From contig JBMNIW010000001.1 of assembly GCA_050951325.1 (NCBI GenBank), forward strand, positions 320,001 to 384,000: a stretch of DNA of 64,000 nucleotides, in the 5' to 3' direction. Below, one piece after another: positions 9,879-20,037 of this stretch. A model generated the notes under the pieces. That model ran no database searches. It was not told the origin of the DNA and saw only the letters and a list, made by a program, of their open reading frames with translations. Within the stretch, counting starts at the first letter, position 1. Every line of letters begins with the position of its first letter. The DNA comes from Clostridia bacterium (lineage in GTDB: Bacteria > Bacillota > Clostridia > UBA1212 > DUPL01). Both the position numbers and the translations under genes were made by a program.

Positions 9879-10982
9879 TCAAACAAAACCTTTTACAAGA
9901 TTGCTCCCAAGGGCTTGAGGTCTGTCTACCCTGCTCTTCATTATGTATGACTTTCCACTTTTTTGCGACTCATCTATTGCACACATTATTTCAAGCACAT
10001 GGTTTGCCATTCTTCCACTGGCTTTGTTGTCGTCTATTTCTTCAATTATGCACTGGGCCATGTCGGACAGCCCAATACCTCTACTGTTTTCAGCATAAAT
10101 ATGTGTTAGAGGTATTTCTCTGAAAATGCCTCCATCCCTGGTCGCAAGCAAAACAGGACCACCAAAGGTATTCGGATCCGGTGCAATCAAGGTTCCTTTC
10201 GTTCCATAGATTTCTATTCTAGGCAGAGTACTGTTCCATACATCAAAGCTGGTAATAATGGTGGCAACTGCACCATTTTCAAATCTCAATAGACCAGCAA
10301 CATGAGTATCAACCTCAACCTCGATAGCTTTGCCATACAGTGGCTGGCTGGTTATAATTCTTTCTTCCACAGCCTTGGTAGTCATACCCATGACTTCCCT
10401 TACGCTACCCATAAGGTTTACAAGTGCGGCCAAGTAGTATGGACCCATGTCAAACATGGGACCTCCGCCTCTTTTGTAATAGAATTCTGGTGATGGATGC
10501 CAGCTTTCGTGTCCGTGGCACATCATGAAAGCTACAGCTCCAACAATCTCCCCTATAAAATCATTATCTATGAGCTTTCTGCAGGTTTGCATTCCAGCAC
10601 CAAGAAAGGTATCAGGTGCACAACCAAGCAAAAGCCCTTTTTCTTGGCTAATCTTAACCAGCTCAGAACCTTCATCAAATGTAAGGGAAAGAGGCTTTTC
10701 AACATATACATGCTTTCCTGCCAGCAATGCCTTCTTGCACACGTCATAATGGCTTTCCGGTGTAGTTATGTTAAGTATTACCTCAACATCCTCGCATTCA
10801 AGCATTTCATCTAATGTCTGTATGTGCGGAATGCCCCATTTTTCAGCAGCATCTTTCGCTGCCTGCTCGCGTATATCACAGCATGAGTATACATTTGTGT
10901 TTTTAAATACATGTGTCAGGTTCTGAAAATATATACCGCTGATATTTCCACAGCCAACAACTCCCACATTAACCTTTCTCAT
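9879..10982 (-). CDS. Gfo/Idh/MocA family oxidoreductase
   Basis: GVVGCGNIS Rossmann, HVYVEKP, GGGPMFDMGPYY. Confidence 0.93.
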   Translation of the reverse strand: MRKVNVGVVGCGNISGIYFQNLTHVFKNTNVYSCCDIREQAAKDAAEKWGIPHIQTLDEMLECEDVEVILNITTPESHYDVCKKALLAGKHVYVEKPLSLTFDEGSELVKISQEKGLLLGCAPDTFLGAGMQTCRKLIDNDFIGEIVGAVAFMMCHGHESWHPSPEFYYKRGGGPMFDMGPYYLAALVNLMGSVREVMGMTTKAVEERIITSQPLYGKAIEVEVDTHVAGLLRFENGAVATIITSFDVWNSTLPRIEIYGTKGTLIAPDPNTFGGPVLLATRDGGIFREIPLTHIYAENSRGIGLSDMAQCIIEEIDDNKASGRMANHVLEIMCAIDESQKSGKSYIMKSRVDRPQALGSNLVKGFV

Positions 10983-10988
10983 TAATTC

Positions 10989-11654
10989 CTACCCCCTTTT
11001 TGCGGCCCATAGAAATCCGTTTCTCATCAGCTTCCTTGCTTCAGGAATATCAAAAACAGAAGCATTGTGTCCCAGCGAGTTGTAGAAAACCCTGCCCCTG
11101 CCCCAAAGTTTGGTGTATACAACAGGAACGTCAACAATTCCATTTGCTGCGTGAGGACCATCCACAGTTGGGAATCTTGTGGTGGCAAGCACATTGACAC
11201 AAGGGTCGATGTGTATATAGTATTGTTCACTTTTTACGGCAAAATCCTCTATCCCCTCAATTATTGGAGAAGATGAGTTCTTTTTAATATTAACCGTGTA
11301 TTCCACACCATCATTGCCAGGGTGTGCCACCCATTGCGAACCGGTCAAAAACTGCCACGTTGTATTGTTTCTGAAAGCATCACACATGCCGCCATGACAA
11401 CCTGCAATACCAACGCCTTCCTCTACGGCATTGGCCACATTTACAGCATATTCTTCCGATATTTCTCCCATGGTCCATATGGGGACTATAAGGTGAAGTT
11501 GTTTTAATTTCTCAGGATCAGAAAAACTGTCAAGTGTATCTGAAACTTCAGTCTCAAAGTCTTCTTCAACAAGTATTCGGTTGAATACCCCAGCCACATC
11601 AACAGGTTCATGTCCTATCCAGCCACCTTGTACCAATAAAGCTTTCCTTTTCAT
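10989..11654 (-). CDS. ThuA domain protein
   Basis: GGWIGHEP, GCHGG, SEQYY, GRVFYNSLGH. Confidence 0.9.
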   Translation of the reverse strand: MKRKALLVQGGWIGHEPVDVAGVFNRILVEEDFETEVSDTLDSFSDPEKLKQLHLIVPIWTMGEISEEYAVNVANAVEEGVGIAGCHGGMCDAFRNNTTWQFLTGSQWVAHPGNDGVEYTVNIKKNSSSPIIEGIEDFAVKSEQYYIHIDPCVNVLATTRFPTVDGPHAANGIVDVPVVYTKLWGRGRVFYNSLGHNASVFDIPEARKLMRNGFLWAAKRG

Positions 11655-11740
11655 AATCTACCTCCAATCAAGTCGAGTAAACTAAATATATATTACTGCC
11701 ATACCCACTTAATATCAAGATAGAATGAAAAAAACACCAT

Positions 11741-12328
11741 TCATCTACACCATTTCATGTAGATTCTCGCAGTAAAACCCTTAAGTTTGGCATTCTTCTC
11801 CAACTTTCTCATAAACTCCTCAAATCCCAGTTTTTTATACAACCTGATTGCATTCATATTGGTATCCGCCACATCCAAAACATACTCACGGTACGACAGC
11901 TCCTGCATGACATGTTTGAACAACGCTGTACATACACCTTTTCCTCTGGCATCCTCACTTGTTGCAACACATTCTATATATGCAGTTTCATCAGTAAAAT
12001 CCAAAGGGGTGTTAAATTCCTTGTTCAGCAGCATGAATGCAATACCACCCATTAAAAAACCCAGTCCATGACTCATTGAACTCTTGTCAATATGCATGGC
12101 ACGGTGTTTGTTATTGGAGCATGCCAGTATTCCCGCAATCTTTCCATCCAACTCTGCCAAATAAAAAACATCAGGACAAAAAGTATCTTTAAATGCACTG
12201 CAAAGCTTTTCCCTGTCCTTGCTGAAAAAGGACAAGTCCTTGTAATATCCGTCTACAAACACATTTGCCACATCATAGCTAACATCTCTGTCATAATCAC
12301 TCATTTTACGTATAACTATATTACTCAT
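11741..12328 (-). CDS. GNAT acetyltransferase
   Basis: YIECVAT...RGKGV motif A, NMNAIRLYKKLGF. Confidence 0.88.
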   Translation of the reverse strand: MSNIVIRKMSDYDRDVSYDVANVFVDGYYKDLSFFSKDREKLCSAFKDTFCPDVFYLAELDGKIAGILACSNNKHRAMHIDKSSMSHGLGFLMGGIAFMLLNKEFNTPLDFTDETAYIECVATSEDARGKGVCTALFKHVMQELSYREYVLDVADTNMNAIRLYKKLGFEEFMRKLEKNAKLKGFTARIYMKWCR

Positions 12329-12343
12329 TTTTAACCTCCATAT

Positions 12344-12940
12344 CTAAATCAATAAAAATCCCAATACATCATCCAACTCTGGAGCTACATATTTGTCACC
12401 CATGAATAGTTTCATGTTTGCCATGCCTTGTATTATTGAGAAAAACAGCAAAGTGTATTTGTACGGATTGCCTTGTTTAAACTCTCCTCGTTTTTGTCCC
12501 TCTTTGATAAGGTCTTTTGTTTTATCGTATAAAGACAATATACTTTTCCTGAACTCATCAATTTGAGAAAGCACCTCTTCCTCCAGCATTGAGCGAATAA
12601 CTATTAGAAAGTAGCGCGACAATTCATTACTAAAATGGATGTCTCCAATTAAACTTGCTGTCATTTCCACAATAGCCTGTTTGGGAGAATCATACGAATC
12701 AAGAATCTGAATAAATTTGTTTAATTCTTCAATGGTATTTGCTATGAGACTGTTAAACAGGTCTTCCTTGGATGAAAAATGCCGATATATTAGCCCGGTG
12801 CTAATACCTGCAGCTTCTGCAATGTCTTTTATACTCGTCAATGCAAAACCCTTTTGCGCAAACAAAACAAGTCCTGCTTCCATTATCTTTTTTCTTGTCG
12901 CCATTGTCATTCTTTCATTCTGCTCCTTTGTTCTTGCCAT
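12344..12940 (-). CDS. TetR/AcrR regulator
   Basis: IMEAGLVLFAQKGF...IAEAAGISTGLIYRHFSSKEDL HTH. Confidence 0.93.
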   Translation of the reverse strand: MARTKEQNERMTMATRKKIMEAGLVLFAQKGFALTSIKDIAEAAGISTGLIYRHFSSKEDLFNSLIANTIEELNKFIQILDSYDSPKQAIVEMTASLIGDIHFSNELSRYFLIVIRSMLEEEVLSQIDEFRKSILSLYDKTKDLIKEGQKRGEFKQGNPYKYTLLFFSIIQGMANMKLFMGDKYVAPELDDVLGFLLI

Positions 12941-12966
12941 AACAAAACCTCCTTAATATAATAAAC

Positions 12967-12980
12967 TGAATTTAAATTCA
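12967..12980. promoter_or_regulatory. Probable TetR operator
   Basis: Perfect 14-bp palindrome TGAATTTAAATTCA just upstream of tetR SD. Confidence 0.6.
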
Positions 12981-13004
12981 TTATAATAGAATAAAAAAAG
13001 CACG

Positions 13005-13435
13005 TCAACTTTGTCCGTACTTTTCTTCAAGATAACTCACTGTGGTGCAAATAAGCCTTTCAAGCGCCTCCATGTCTATATCCGACAGTTTCTTAACATA
13101 TATACATGCCTTGCCCATCGTGAACTTTCCCAAGTCTTTCAACAAGTACTCATGATCCGGATCCCCAGTATATACGTACAAGGAAATAGCTGCTTTGCGA
13201 GGAGAAAATGCCACGAGCGGCCAATCCCCTTCCTGCCTGCTGCGCTCGGATTTGTAATGATAGCTGCCAACACCAATCATTGAATCCCCCCACATATCTT
13301 TGGGGGATATCCTGTTACCTTTTGCATAAACTCTACAAGCTTATAACTGTCCTGCTTTTTCTGTTCACTATTCGCATATGAATCGATAAACTCAAAAACA
13401 TCTCCATCATGCTGCTTTGTCTTTAATTCTGACAT
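13005..13435 (-). pseudogene. DUF1801 protein, frameshifted (copy 1)
   Basis: MSELKTKQHDGDVFEF... frame shifts at AAG-AT-ATG-TGG (~13296); second frame continues MWGDSMIG...GKACIYVKKL. Confidence 0.8.
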
Positions 13436-13479
13436 TTTCTCACTTCCTCATATTTTTTCCAAAGTTCAATAGCAGAAAG

Positions 13480-13833
13480 TCATATACCAAGAGATGCTTT
13501 CCATTCACTTTCCTTAAACCCAACCAGTACAAAATCATCACCAACAAGAATGGGACGTTTAACAATCATTCCGTCTGACGACAAAAGTTCAAACTGTTCT
13601 TCATCACTCATTTCCGTAAGTCTGTCTTTCAGATTCAACTCCCTGTATTTCATGCCGCTGGTGTTAAAGAACTTTTTTAGAGGTAGTCCGCTCTTCTTAT
13701 GCCATTCCTTCAATTCTTCCAGAGTCGGATTCTCCTCCTTAATATTTCTCTCTGTGAACTCCAGATTGTTCTCAACAAGCCACTTCCTTGCCTTTTGACA
13801 TGTAGTGCATCTTGGATAGCATACAAAAACCAT
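13480..13833 (-). CDS. ArsC/Spx/YffB-family thioredoxin-fold protein (copy 1)
   Basis: CTTCQKA, FFNTSG, MIVKRPIL, GFKE. Confidence 0.9.
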   Translation of the reverse strand: MVFVCYPRCTTCQKARKWLVENNLEFTERNIKEENPTLEELKEWHKKSGLPLKKFFNTSGMKYRELNLKDRLTEMSDEEQFELLSSDGMIVKRPILVGDDFVLVGFKESEWKASLGI

Positions 13834-13834
13834 A

Positions 13835-14362
13835 TTAATCCTCCTCAATATTTCTTCTATTTTCAAAAAAGAACACATCACCCAATGTACCATCGTCATA
13901 CATGGCACCAGGACATGCTCTTATAAGTTCATAATTCCCATTTGTATATTCATCTATTACCTTGTCCCAAAAATATACCGATGAAGTATTGGCAGGGTGT
14001 CTTCTTAATTGCCATCTGCCTTTATGTAAGTCAAGCACCTTGAAAAACGCCTGCCTGCCAACTCCTGCCCTTCTATACTTGTACATAACAAAAAACTCCG
14101 CCAGTTGGAAGTCTGTCTCCCTGAAATCCACCTCTGGATAGTCATTCACCATGACAAACCCTGCTAGTTTGTCATCTACAAGAATAAAATATGCCCACCG
14201 GTTTTCCTCGGTCCAGTAATAGTCAAGATATTTATAGCCATATAGACCTAAATCGTTGACATCACGTTTGTCATACTGAGAAAACTCATAATCGTATTTC
14301 TCCAACAGATTTCTCAGTACCTCCTTTTCATCTTCTTCAACTTGCTTTAAGTCCACCCTCAC
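13835..14362 (-). CDS. GNAT acetyltransferase
   Basis: AEFFVMYKYRRAGVGR motif, FWDKVI. Confidence 0.85.
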   Translation of the reverse strand: MRVDLKQVEEDEKEVLRNLLEKYDYEFSQYDKRDVNDLGLYGYKYLDYYWTEENRWAYFILVDDKLAGFVMVNDYPEVDFRETDFQLAEFFVMYKYRRAGVGRQAFFKVLDLHKGRWQLRRHPANTSSVYFWDKVIDEYTNGNYELIRACPGAMYDDGTLGDVFFFENRRNIEED

Positions 14363-14421
14363 CTAATTTTACCTGCTTTCATAAAATCTCTTAATCAATA
14401 CTATACATCATAATATTCTCC

Positions 14422-14451
14422 TTGACAATTTTATCTTTAAGAGCATATTAT
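14422..14451 (+). promoter_or_regulatory. SigA-type promoter for T-box leader
   Basis: TTGACA (14422) ... TATTAT (14446). Confidence 0.6.
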
Positions 14452-14471
14452 ATGTAAAATAACATAAGAAA

Positions 14472-14720
14472 AGCAATGACGGAAACGAGTAAACTACAGG
14501 AAGCATACAGACAGAGGAATATTTGGTGGAAGTTCCTTATGTGAAATGTAGTTGAAAACCCTTCCTGAGCTCCAATGCGGAAATTATAGTATGTGTTGCC
14601 GTGCACCTGCGTTAAAGGTTAGGATTTGTTGGAATCCGAATTGAAAAGTTAAGGTGGAACCGTGCAGGAATACTTGCACCCTTGGACAGAACAATTTCTG
14701 TTTAAGGGTGCCTTTTGTTA
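14472..14720 (+). promoter_or_regulatory. T-box riboswitch leader (probably Thr-specific)
   Basis: Stem I GCAATGACGGAAACGAGTA...GGTGGAA...GAAAACCCTTCCTGAGC, T-box AAGGTGGAACCGTG (14651-14664), terminator GCACCCTT...AAGGGTGC-TTTT (14676-14718). Confidence 0.88.
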
Positions 14721-14753
14721 ATTTAATTCCATGTTTTCTTATGTTATTACAAA

Positions 14754-14862
14754 AAACAGCTGCATAAATGGTCTTTCTACAGACTTGCTAGTTTTATCCA
14801 ATATAAGGGAAGTTTAGCGGGTATTAAGGTTGAATATGTTAATCCACAAAATACAAGTCAAA
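14754..14862 (+). pseudogene. TnpB (IS200/IS605) RuvC-region fragment
   Basis: Start-less frame KQLHKWSFYRLASFIQYKGSLAGIKVEYVNPQNTSQ matches the TnpB WSF..L...I.YK....G..V..V.P..TSQ motif. Confidence 0.8.
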
Positions 14863-15069
14863 ACCAGGTTCATTCTTACCCTCTGGAGGTATAATTTTTA
14901 CAGATTCTATGTTATGTGGAATTGTTATTACACTATTATTCAATAAAGCATGTTTTAAATCTATACAGCCACCACAGGGCCAATCCATCCACTAGGACCT
15001 GGAAGGAATCTTTTATTCGGAGGTGGTGCGCCCGGTACAACATTCAATACATTTCGTTCATATACAACT

Positions 15070-16278
15070 ATGACGGATTACACAGTTGACGGCTTGTCAG
15101 CTGCCAATCCGCCATTTACAAAGGTGGATATAAGGGCATATGCCACTACAGAACTTTTGGGTGCAACAGGCATAAGAACTACATATAAATTGCCCGGACC
15201 ACCAGCCACGCCTGACTCATTAACAATTATACAGGATGTAAATGTAATAGGTTTATCCTTTGCAGACTCATATATAGTTGTCAGGGTTGAAATAATCAAC
15301 CATAACAATGTAGATACCAAAATAGGTAATCGCTACCTTTGGGATCCCATAATAGAAGGTGATGACGGACCTACTTTCCAAACAGTTAACCCTATTGGTC
15401 CGATGATAACAAACGAAACGGAATTCGAACATCCGTTATTTGAAGCTTTCCAACTAGTTGACAATGGCAACCCGAATCCACCAACATATATCACATATGG
15501 TTCAGTAGCGGGTCCACAAAGTCTTCGTTTAGGCACTCGGCCTACAATGATAAAGTATGTCAGCTGGGCTACAAGCAGAGGCACAACCTTTGATTATACC
15601 ATCGACCCAAACAGGGTTGTTTCAAGTCCACCCATCAACGATAGTGCAGTACTGTACTACTGGGGGCATAACATGGAAACAGCAATTGTTCTTGAAGCTT
15701 GTGGTGGCAAAGCTGCAAGAGCTGCTGCATTGTTTGCAACAAAACCAGGAATCGTACCACCTTTCATAAACAGCACCATTTGTGTTAATGTGAACAGGAT
15801 ACTGGACACTTGCAGACAGGAAGTAATCCACACTGAAACACATGAAATTCCATCATTGAACTGTGGTGTTTTACTTGACTGCAAGGTCAAGAAAGCAAAG
15901 TGTGTTGTTAAAAAAGAAACCGAGGATACCGTTCAAGTACAGGTAAAACTCAGGGTTGCTTTCAAGATAAAGATTGGCGGCAAGAAAATGACTGTTGTAA
16001 AGCCGTTTATCATTAATTCGACAGCTCATTTGATGGTTCCTGAAAAAGCTACAGTGAGCTGCGAGGTACAGAATCCAAGATGCGTAAGCAGGCAAATTGA
16101 TGAATGCGGTTTGGTTGAAACAACAGTCTGCGCTTTCATCAAGATTCAATCGGAGGTTAAAGAATCTATTGTAATACCCTTCGTAGCAAGCTGTCCTGTA
16201 GGACTTTGTTCGAGAGTTGTTACCGAAAACGAGGATCATAATTCCGATCTTATAGACGAATCCGATGAAACCATGTAA
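15070..16278 (+). CDS. Hypothetical protein with C-terminal SPOCS/SipL-like (spore coat) region; 5' end probably eroded
   Basis: Frame is open back to 14959 (IYTATTGPIHPLGPGRNLLFGGG) without a start codon; Cys/Val-rich beta C-terminus (CVNVNRILDTCRQE). Confidence 0.55.
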   Translation: MTDYTVDGLSAANPPFTKVDIRAYATTELLGATGIRTTYKLPGPPATPDSLTIIQDVNVIGLSFADSYIVVRVEIINHNNVDTKIGNRYLWDPIIEGDDGPTFQTVNPIGPMITNETEFEHPLFEAFQLVDNGNPNPPTYITYGSVAGPQSLRLGTRPTMIKYVSWATSRGTTFDYTIDPNRVVSSPPINDSAVLYYWGHNMETAIVLEACGGKAARAAALFATKPGIVPPFINSTICVNVNRILDTCRQEVIHTETHEIPSLNCGVLLDCKVKKAKCVVKKETEDTVQVQVKLRVAFKIKIGGKKMTVVKPFIINSTAHLMVPEKATVSCEVQNPRCVSRQIDECGLVETTVCAFIKIQSEVKESIVIPFVASCPVGLCSRVVTENEDHNSDLIDESDETM

Positions 16279-16297
16279 TACCTGATCTATAGCCTAG

Positions 16298-16337
16298 AAA
16301 CACCCTCGTTATATTCACATGCATAGCGAGGGTTTAT
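16298..16337. terminator. Intrinsic terminator between convergent genes
   Basis: AAACACCCTCG(T)TAT...ATAGCGAGGGTTT. Confidence 0.6.
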
Positions 16338-16383
16338 TGTGCTCAAATTTATCACTTCTTCTGCCGTATACAAATATTATAAT

Positions 16384-17196
16384 TCAGTCCTTTGAAACAA
16401 ACCTCCATCTAAGTCCATATGCAGTAATCCAGGTTCCAATCTGGTTTTCATCCCACCCAGCGACAATGTCATCACAAAAGAATACTGATTCATCCTTTAC
16501 AATGAGTGTTGCCCCATAGATATCAGCTGAATAGTTATCCTCTGGAGGTCGCAGGTTGAAAGCGGTTACACCTTCAAATACCATCTCAATTGAGTCGCAC
16601 CATTGACTATCAAAGACCAATGTTGCCTGTCTGATTTTTGCTTCAGGATACATGGTTTTGTCGGGATTTACATATGCTCCACTTATGTAATTTGCTGTTC
16701 TGAGAACAGAATCATGAAAGTTAAAGACTTGTTTCATGAACTCTTCAGCATCTTTATCCGATTCAACATAATTCCAACCAACCATATACGAAGAAGTTAT
16801 CATGCTCTCAAAAATACTACCTTTGAAATTTATAGAGTTTCCATTCAGCAACTCAGCCAGCATTGCCTTGTTTTCAAATATCCATGGATACCCAAAGTAT
16901 TCAAAAAACAGAACATCACTTCTCACAAGTTTTTTGAAGCCGGATATTGTCTTGGAAACACCTGTTGATTTCTTGTAAATCCACCCTTTCGGATATGTGG
17001 GGACTATGGTATTTACAAGCACTTTGGGAAATGGTTTGCCCTCATCTTTATCCAAGTAATTAAAAAACTTTATGTATCCTCCGTCATCCGATGGCATATG
17101 AACCAAGTATTTTTCATAATATCCAGGATTAATCCTTGCATACACCTCAGACTTGAAGTATTTATTAGTTGACTTGTCATAAACACGAACCTTCAC
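16384..17196 (-). CDS. Hypothetical protein
   Basis: 270-aa ORF with AGGAGG SD and GTG start; FHDS motif in C-terminal half. Confidence 0.7.
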   Translation of the reverse strand: MKVRVYDKSTNKYFKSEVYARINPGYYEKYLVHMPSDDGGYIKFFNYLDKDEGKPFPKVLVNTIVPTYPKGWIYKKSTGVSKTISGFKKLVRSDVLFFEYFGYPWIFENKAMLAELLNGNSINFKGSIFESMITSSYMVGWNYVESDKDAEEFMKQVFNFHDSVLRTANYISGAYVNPDKTMYPEAKIRQATLVFDSQWCDSIEMVFEGVTAFNLRPPEDNYSADIYGATLIVKDESVFFCDDIVAGWDENQIGTWITAYGLRWRFVSKD

Positions 17197-17224
17197 AGCA
17201 CCACCCTCCTTTGAATGTTCGTTT

Positions 17225-17896
17225 CTATAATACAGACACCCATAATACTATCATTGCGTTATATGAACCATGAGCAATAATTAAAGAAAGCAGAGTGCAT
17301 CCCTTGATTTTCTCCCTGAACAAGCAAAACAAAACTCCCAGGAATGACGTCATTATAACTTGAACTATATTTCCGTTGAATATGTGAAACAGGCCAAACA
17401 GTAATGACGATACAATAATTGCAAACCACCTTTGGTTCTTAATTTCCAATAGTTTGCTAAAGATATAGCCGCGAAATACAATTTCTTCCGCCAAAGCAAC
17501 TCCCGTAATTGCATATATGAATTGATAGACAAATTTCCATGTTTCCGTATATTTTATACTTCCAACCATATCTTTAAAACCAAGCAATATGGGTACAACA
17601 GTCAGAACCAACGACATGGCAATGGCTAATATTATCCCAATCCCTATTTGCACAAGAATCTTGTCTTTTCTAAACCCGATGTCTGTAAGCTTCTCTTTAT
17701 TCACAAACATTAAAACCCCTGGCCCTATCAACATTAGCCATTGCGTTACAATCATAAGGACCATGCGTATCGGCAAAGAAAACGACATAAGTAAATACTG
17801 GTTGAACATTGATAGGCCAAATACTGCGATAAATGCAGAAATCACTGCAATAATCAGCTGTATGACGGGTAATTTATTTTTAGATATCGATTTCAT
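17225..17896 (-). CDS. CPBP (CAAX/Abi) intramembrane metalloprotease
   Basis: AEEIVFRG, FGLFH, HGSYN. Confidence 0.9.
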   Translation of the reverse strand: MKSISKNKLPVIQLIIAVISAFIAVFGLSMFNQYLLMSFSLPIRMVLMIVTQWLMLIGPGVLMFVNKEKLTDIGFRKDKILVQIGIGIILAIAMSLVLTVVPILLGFKDMVGSIKYTETWKFVYQFIYAITGVALAEEIVFRGYIFSKLLEIKNQRWFAIIVSSLLFGLFHIFNGNIVQVIMTSFLGVLFCLFREKIKGCTLLSLIIAHGSYNAMIVLWVSVL

Positions 17897-17971
17897 AACA
17901 AATCCTTCTTTCATATATAATCAAATACTTTACTATTATATCAAAGAACCCGTCATACCAGTGGTTTCAAA

Positions 17972-19792
17972 TTAAATATTATTTACCACTACCCCTCCAT
18001 CGGATTTGATAGTCTTTCCACTCTTAAGCGTATACTCACCAGCTTTATGAAAAACAAAGATATGGCCACCATTTCCAAACTCAACACCTTGAATCAACGG
18101 AGTGTTTACAATGTTTTCGACCTCAAGCTTCTTCGAAGCGTCAATAACCGCATATGAAAACTTTGAACCCTTTGGACTTGTTCCATGACTTATCCCAATT
18201 TTAAGCACATCCACCGCAACAGTTTCCGTCGGTATATTTTTGTTGTTTCTTCTCCAGCTTCCTGTAACTTTGGCGTATGTGTATTCCAATTTCCGTTCAG
18301 GATCCAAATTTATGTATAAAAAAGAACCGTTGGTTATTACATTACCATCTACCTGAACATTGAAGTTGTCCTCAAGGACGCACTGATTTATTGTTGTCCA
18401 TATTTCCTTGTCATTGTTCTGCTTATGACAGCAAATATTCGTACCCAGTACTATGACACCTTCGTCAAACACAATATACGTAACAGTTCCTGTCAGCATA
18501 TCCCTGTTGTCAAAATCCATGGTCATGGCGCCTTTTCCGTTCTTTATACTGGCATAACATTTATCATTCAACCCAATTTTACTATTCCAGATGTTCAGCC
18601 TGTTTAGCACATCCTGTTCACTTTCAATATATGATGTGGTACCAGGCATCATGGAATAATCCCATACAGCAGGCATGTTTTCATATTCCTTTCCTGTACT
18701 CAAAAAGCACATGTTTGTGCCATAGGACAGGTTGTAACCGAGAATGTTTTCTCCATTCAAGCTTTCCGAACCTATAAGGGTGTTGTTCAAACCTTTAATG
18801 GAGATATAGAAGTTTTGACGCTGATGAGTCAGGACAAGACTGTCTTCAAAGAATTTTGTCTCCTTTATATATGGAGTTCCATTGTCATACGCAGTTATAA
18901 ATGCTTCAAGATTGGCTTTTCGCGGAATAGATGAAGTTTTTGAATACAGTTCCGCAGCTCGTCTAATTGCTATACTGGTATATGCCTCCGGCCTGCAGTA
19001 TTCACGACCTATGGCAAGATAGTCAACAGTACCGTTTCTAATCATGTACACTTGACCTTCAAGCAAAAAGTCAACAAGCAGCTTCAGTATTTCTTTAGAG
19101 AACTGATATTCAGTTCCTGATAGTATGTATACCATTGGTGATAGGGATTCTGTAAACGATCTGCCATACCCCATTGTATAATGCTGGGGGCCATGCTGGA
19201 AGAAGCTGTAGTCAGGCTTTACTCCTTCCTTTAAGCCATCTGCAATTTCAAACTCATAAGAGGCACGATCCACCGCCTTTTTCAAAAGCTCACAGTCCTG
19301 AACAAGGAGGGCATGCTTTACTGTAGTCCATACACCCCATATCAGATTGGCACCTGTCATGTTATATGCATGCTGATTGTGGGAAAAAGAACCTCTTTGA
19401 ATAATTGAAACAGCTTTGTCAAGCTCCTCTTCTGTTAACTCATCCTCCAGCATTATTGTCAGGTCACACAAAGCAGAAGGCACACCTATTTGCATATACC
19501 ACCAGTTGGTGTTTTGAAAATCATGCTTTAACCAGTAGCGGAAAGCGCCAGCAAGTTTATCAAAAAGCTCCTTGTCCATATCTCTTCCGTACCGCTGCAG
19601 TACAAGGCGTGTTCTATTCAAGAATGTATGTCCCTGCCAGTTAGCAGTGTTTGAATCTTGACAATTCAAATCTGACCATCTGTACAAATCACCCTCGTTT
19701 TGCAACAAAGGCAGATACTCCTCCGCATCTTCCACATTACGCCACAGATATTCATAGTACCTCTGTTTTATAACCATTAAATCCTCTATCAA
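17972..19792 (-). CDS. Polysaccharide lyase family 8 (chondroitin/hyaluronate lyase-like)
   Basis: NWWYMQIGVP, TGANLIW, DYSFFQHG, GYG, GREYCR, ESLNGEN, WDYSMMPGTT; no signal peptide. Confidence 0.85.
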   Translation of the reverse strand: MIEDLMVIKQRYYEYLWRNVEDAEEYLPLLQNEGDLYRWSDLNCQDSNTANWQGHTFLNRTRLVLQRYGRDMDKELFDKLAGAFRYWLKHDFQNTNWWYMQIGVPSALCDLTIMLEDELTEEELDKAVSIIQRGSFSHNQHAYNMTGANLIWGVWTTVKHALLVQDCELLKKAVDRASYEFEIADGLKEGVKPDYSFFQHGPQHYTMGYGRSFTESLSPMVYILSGTEYQFSKEILKLLVDFLLEGQVYMIRNGTVDYLAIGREYCRPEAYTSIAIRRAAELYSKTSSIPRKANLEAFITAYDNGTPYIKETKFFEDSLVLTHQRQNFYISIKGLNNTLIGSESLNGENILGYNLSYGTNMCFLSTGKEYENMPAVWDYSMMPGTTSYIESEQDVLNRLNIWNSKIGLNDKCYASIKNGKGAMTMDFDNRDMLTGTVTYIVFDEGVIVLGTNICCHKQNNDKEIWTTINQCVLEDNFNVQVDGNVITNGSFLYINLDPERKLEYTYAKVTGSWRRNNKNIPTETVAVDVLKIGISHGTSPKGSKFSYAVIDASKKLEVENIVNTPLIQGVEFGNGGHIFVFHKAGEYTLKSGKTIKSDGGVVVNNI

Positions 19793-20037
19793 AACAGTAT
19801 CCCCCTTTTACCCTTGCCTTGATTTTAGATTAAAGTATCCCGCATACAAGCACTTTGTCTACTACAAACTCCTCAAAGCTATCAATATCTTTAGTAGAGC
19901 TTATCCTTGCCGTCTGCCTCAATTAATACAGCACAGTCAGGATTGTAGCTGCCAGCTTGGCAGTTATGCATACAATTTGACTCAAAGCTTTTTGCAAAAC
20001 TCATCAATAAAATGCATCCTATGCCTTCTAAATCATT

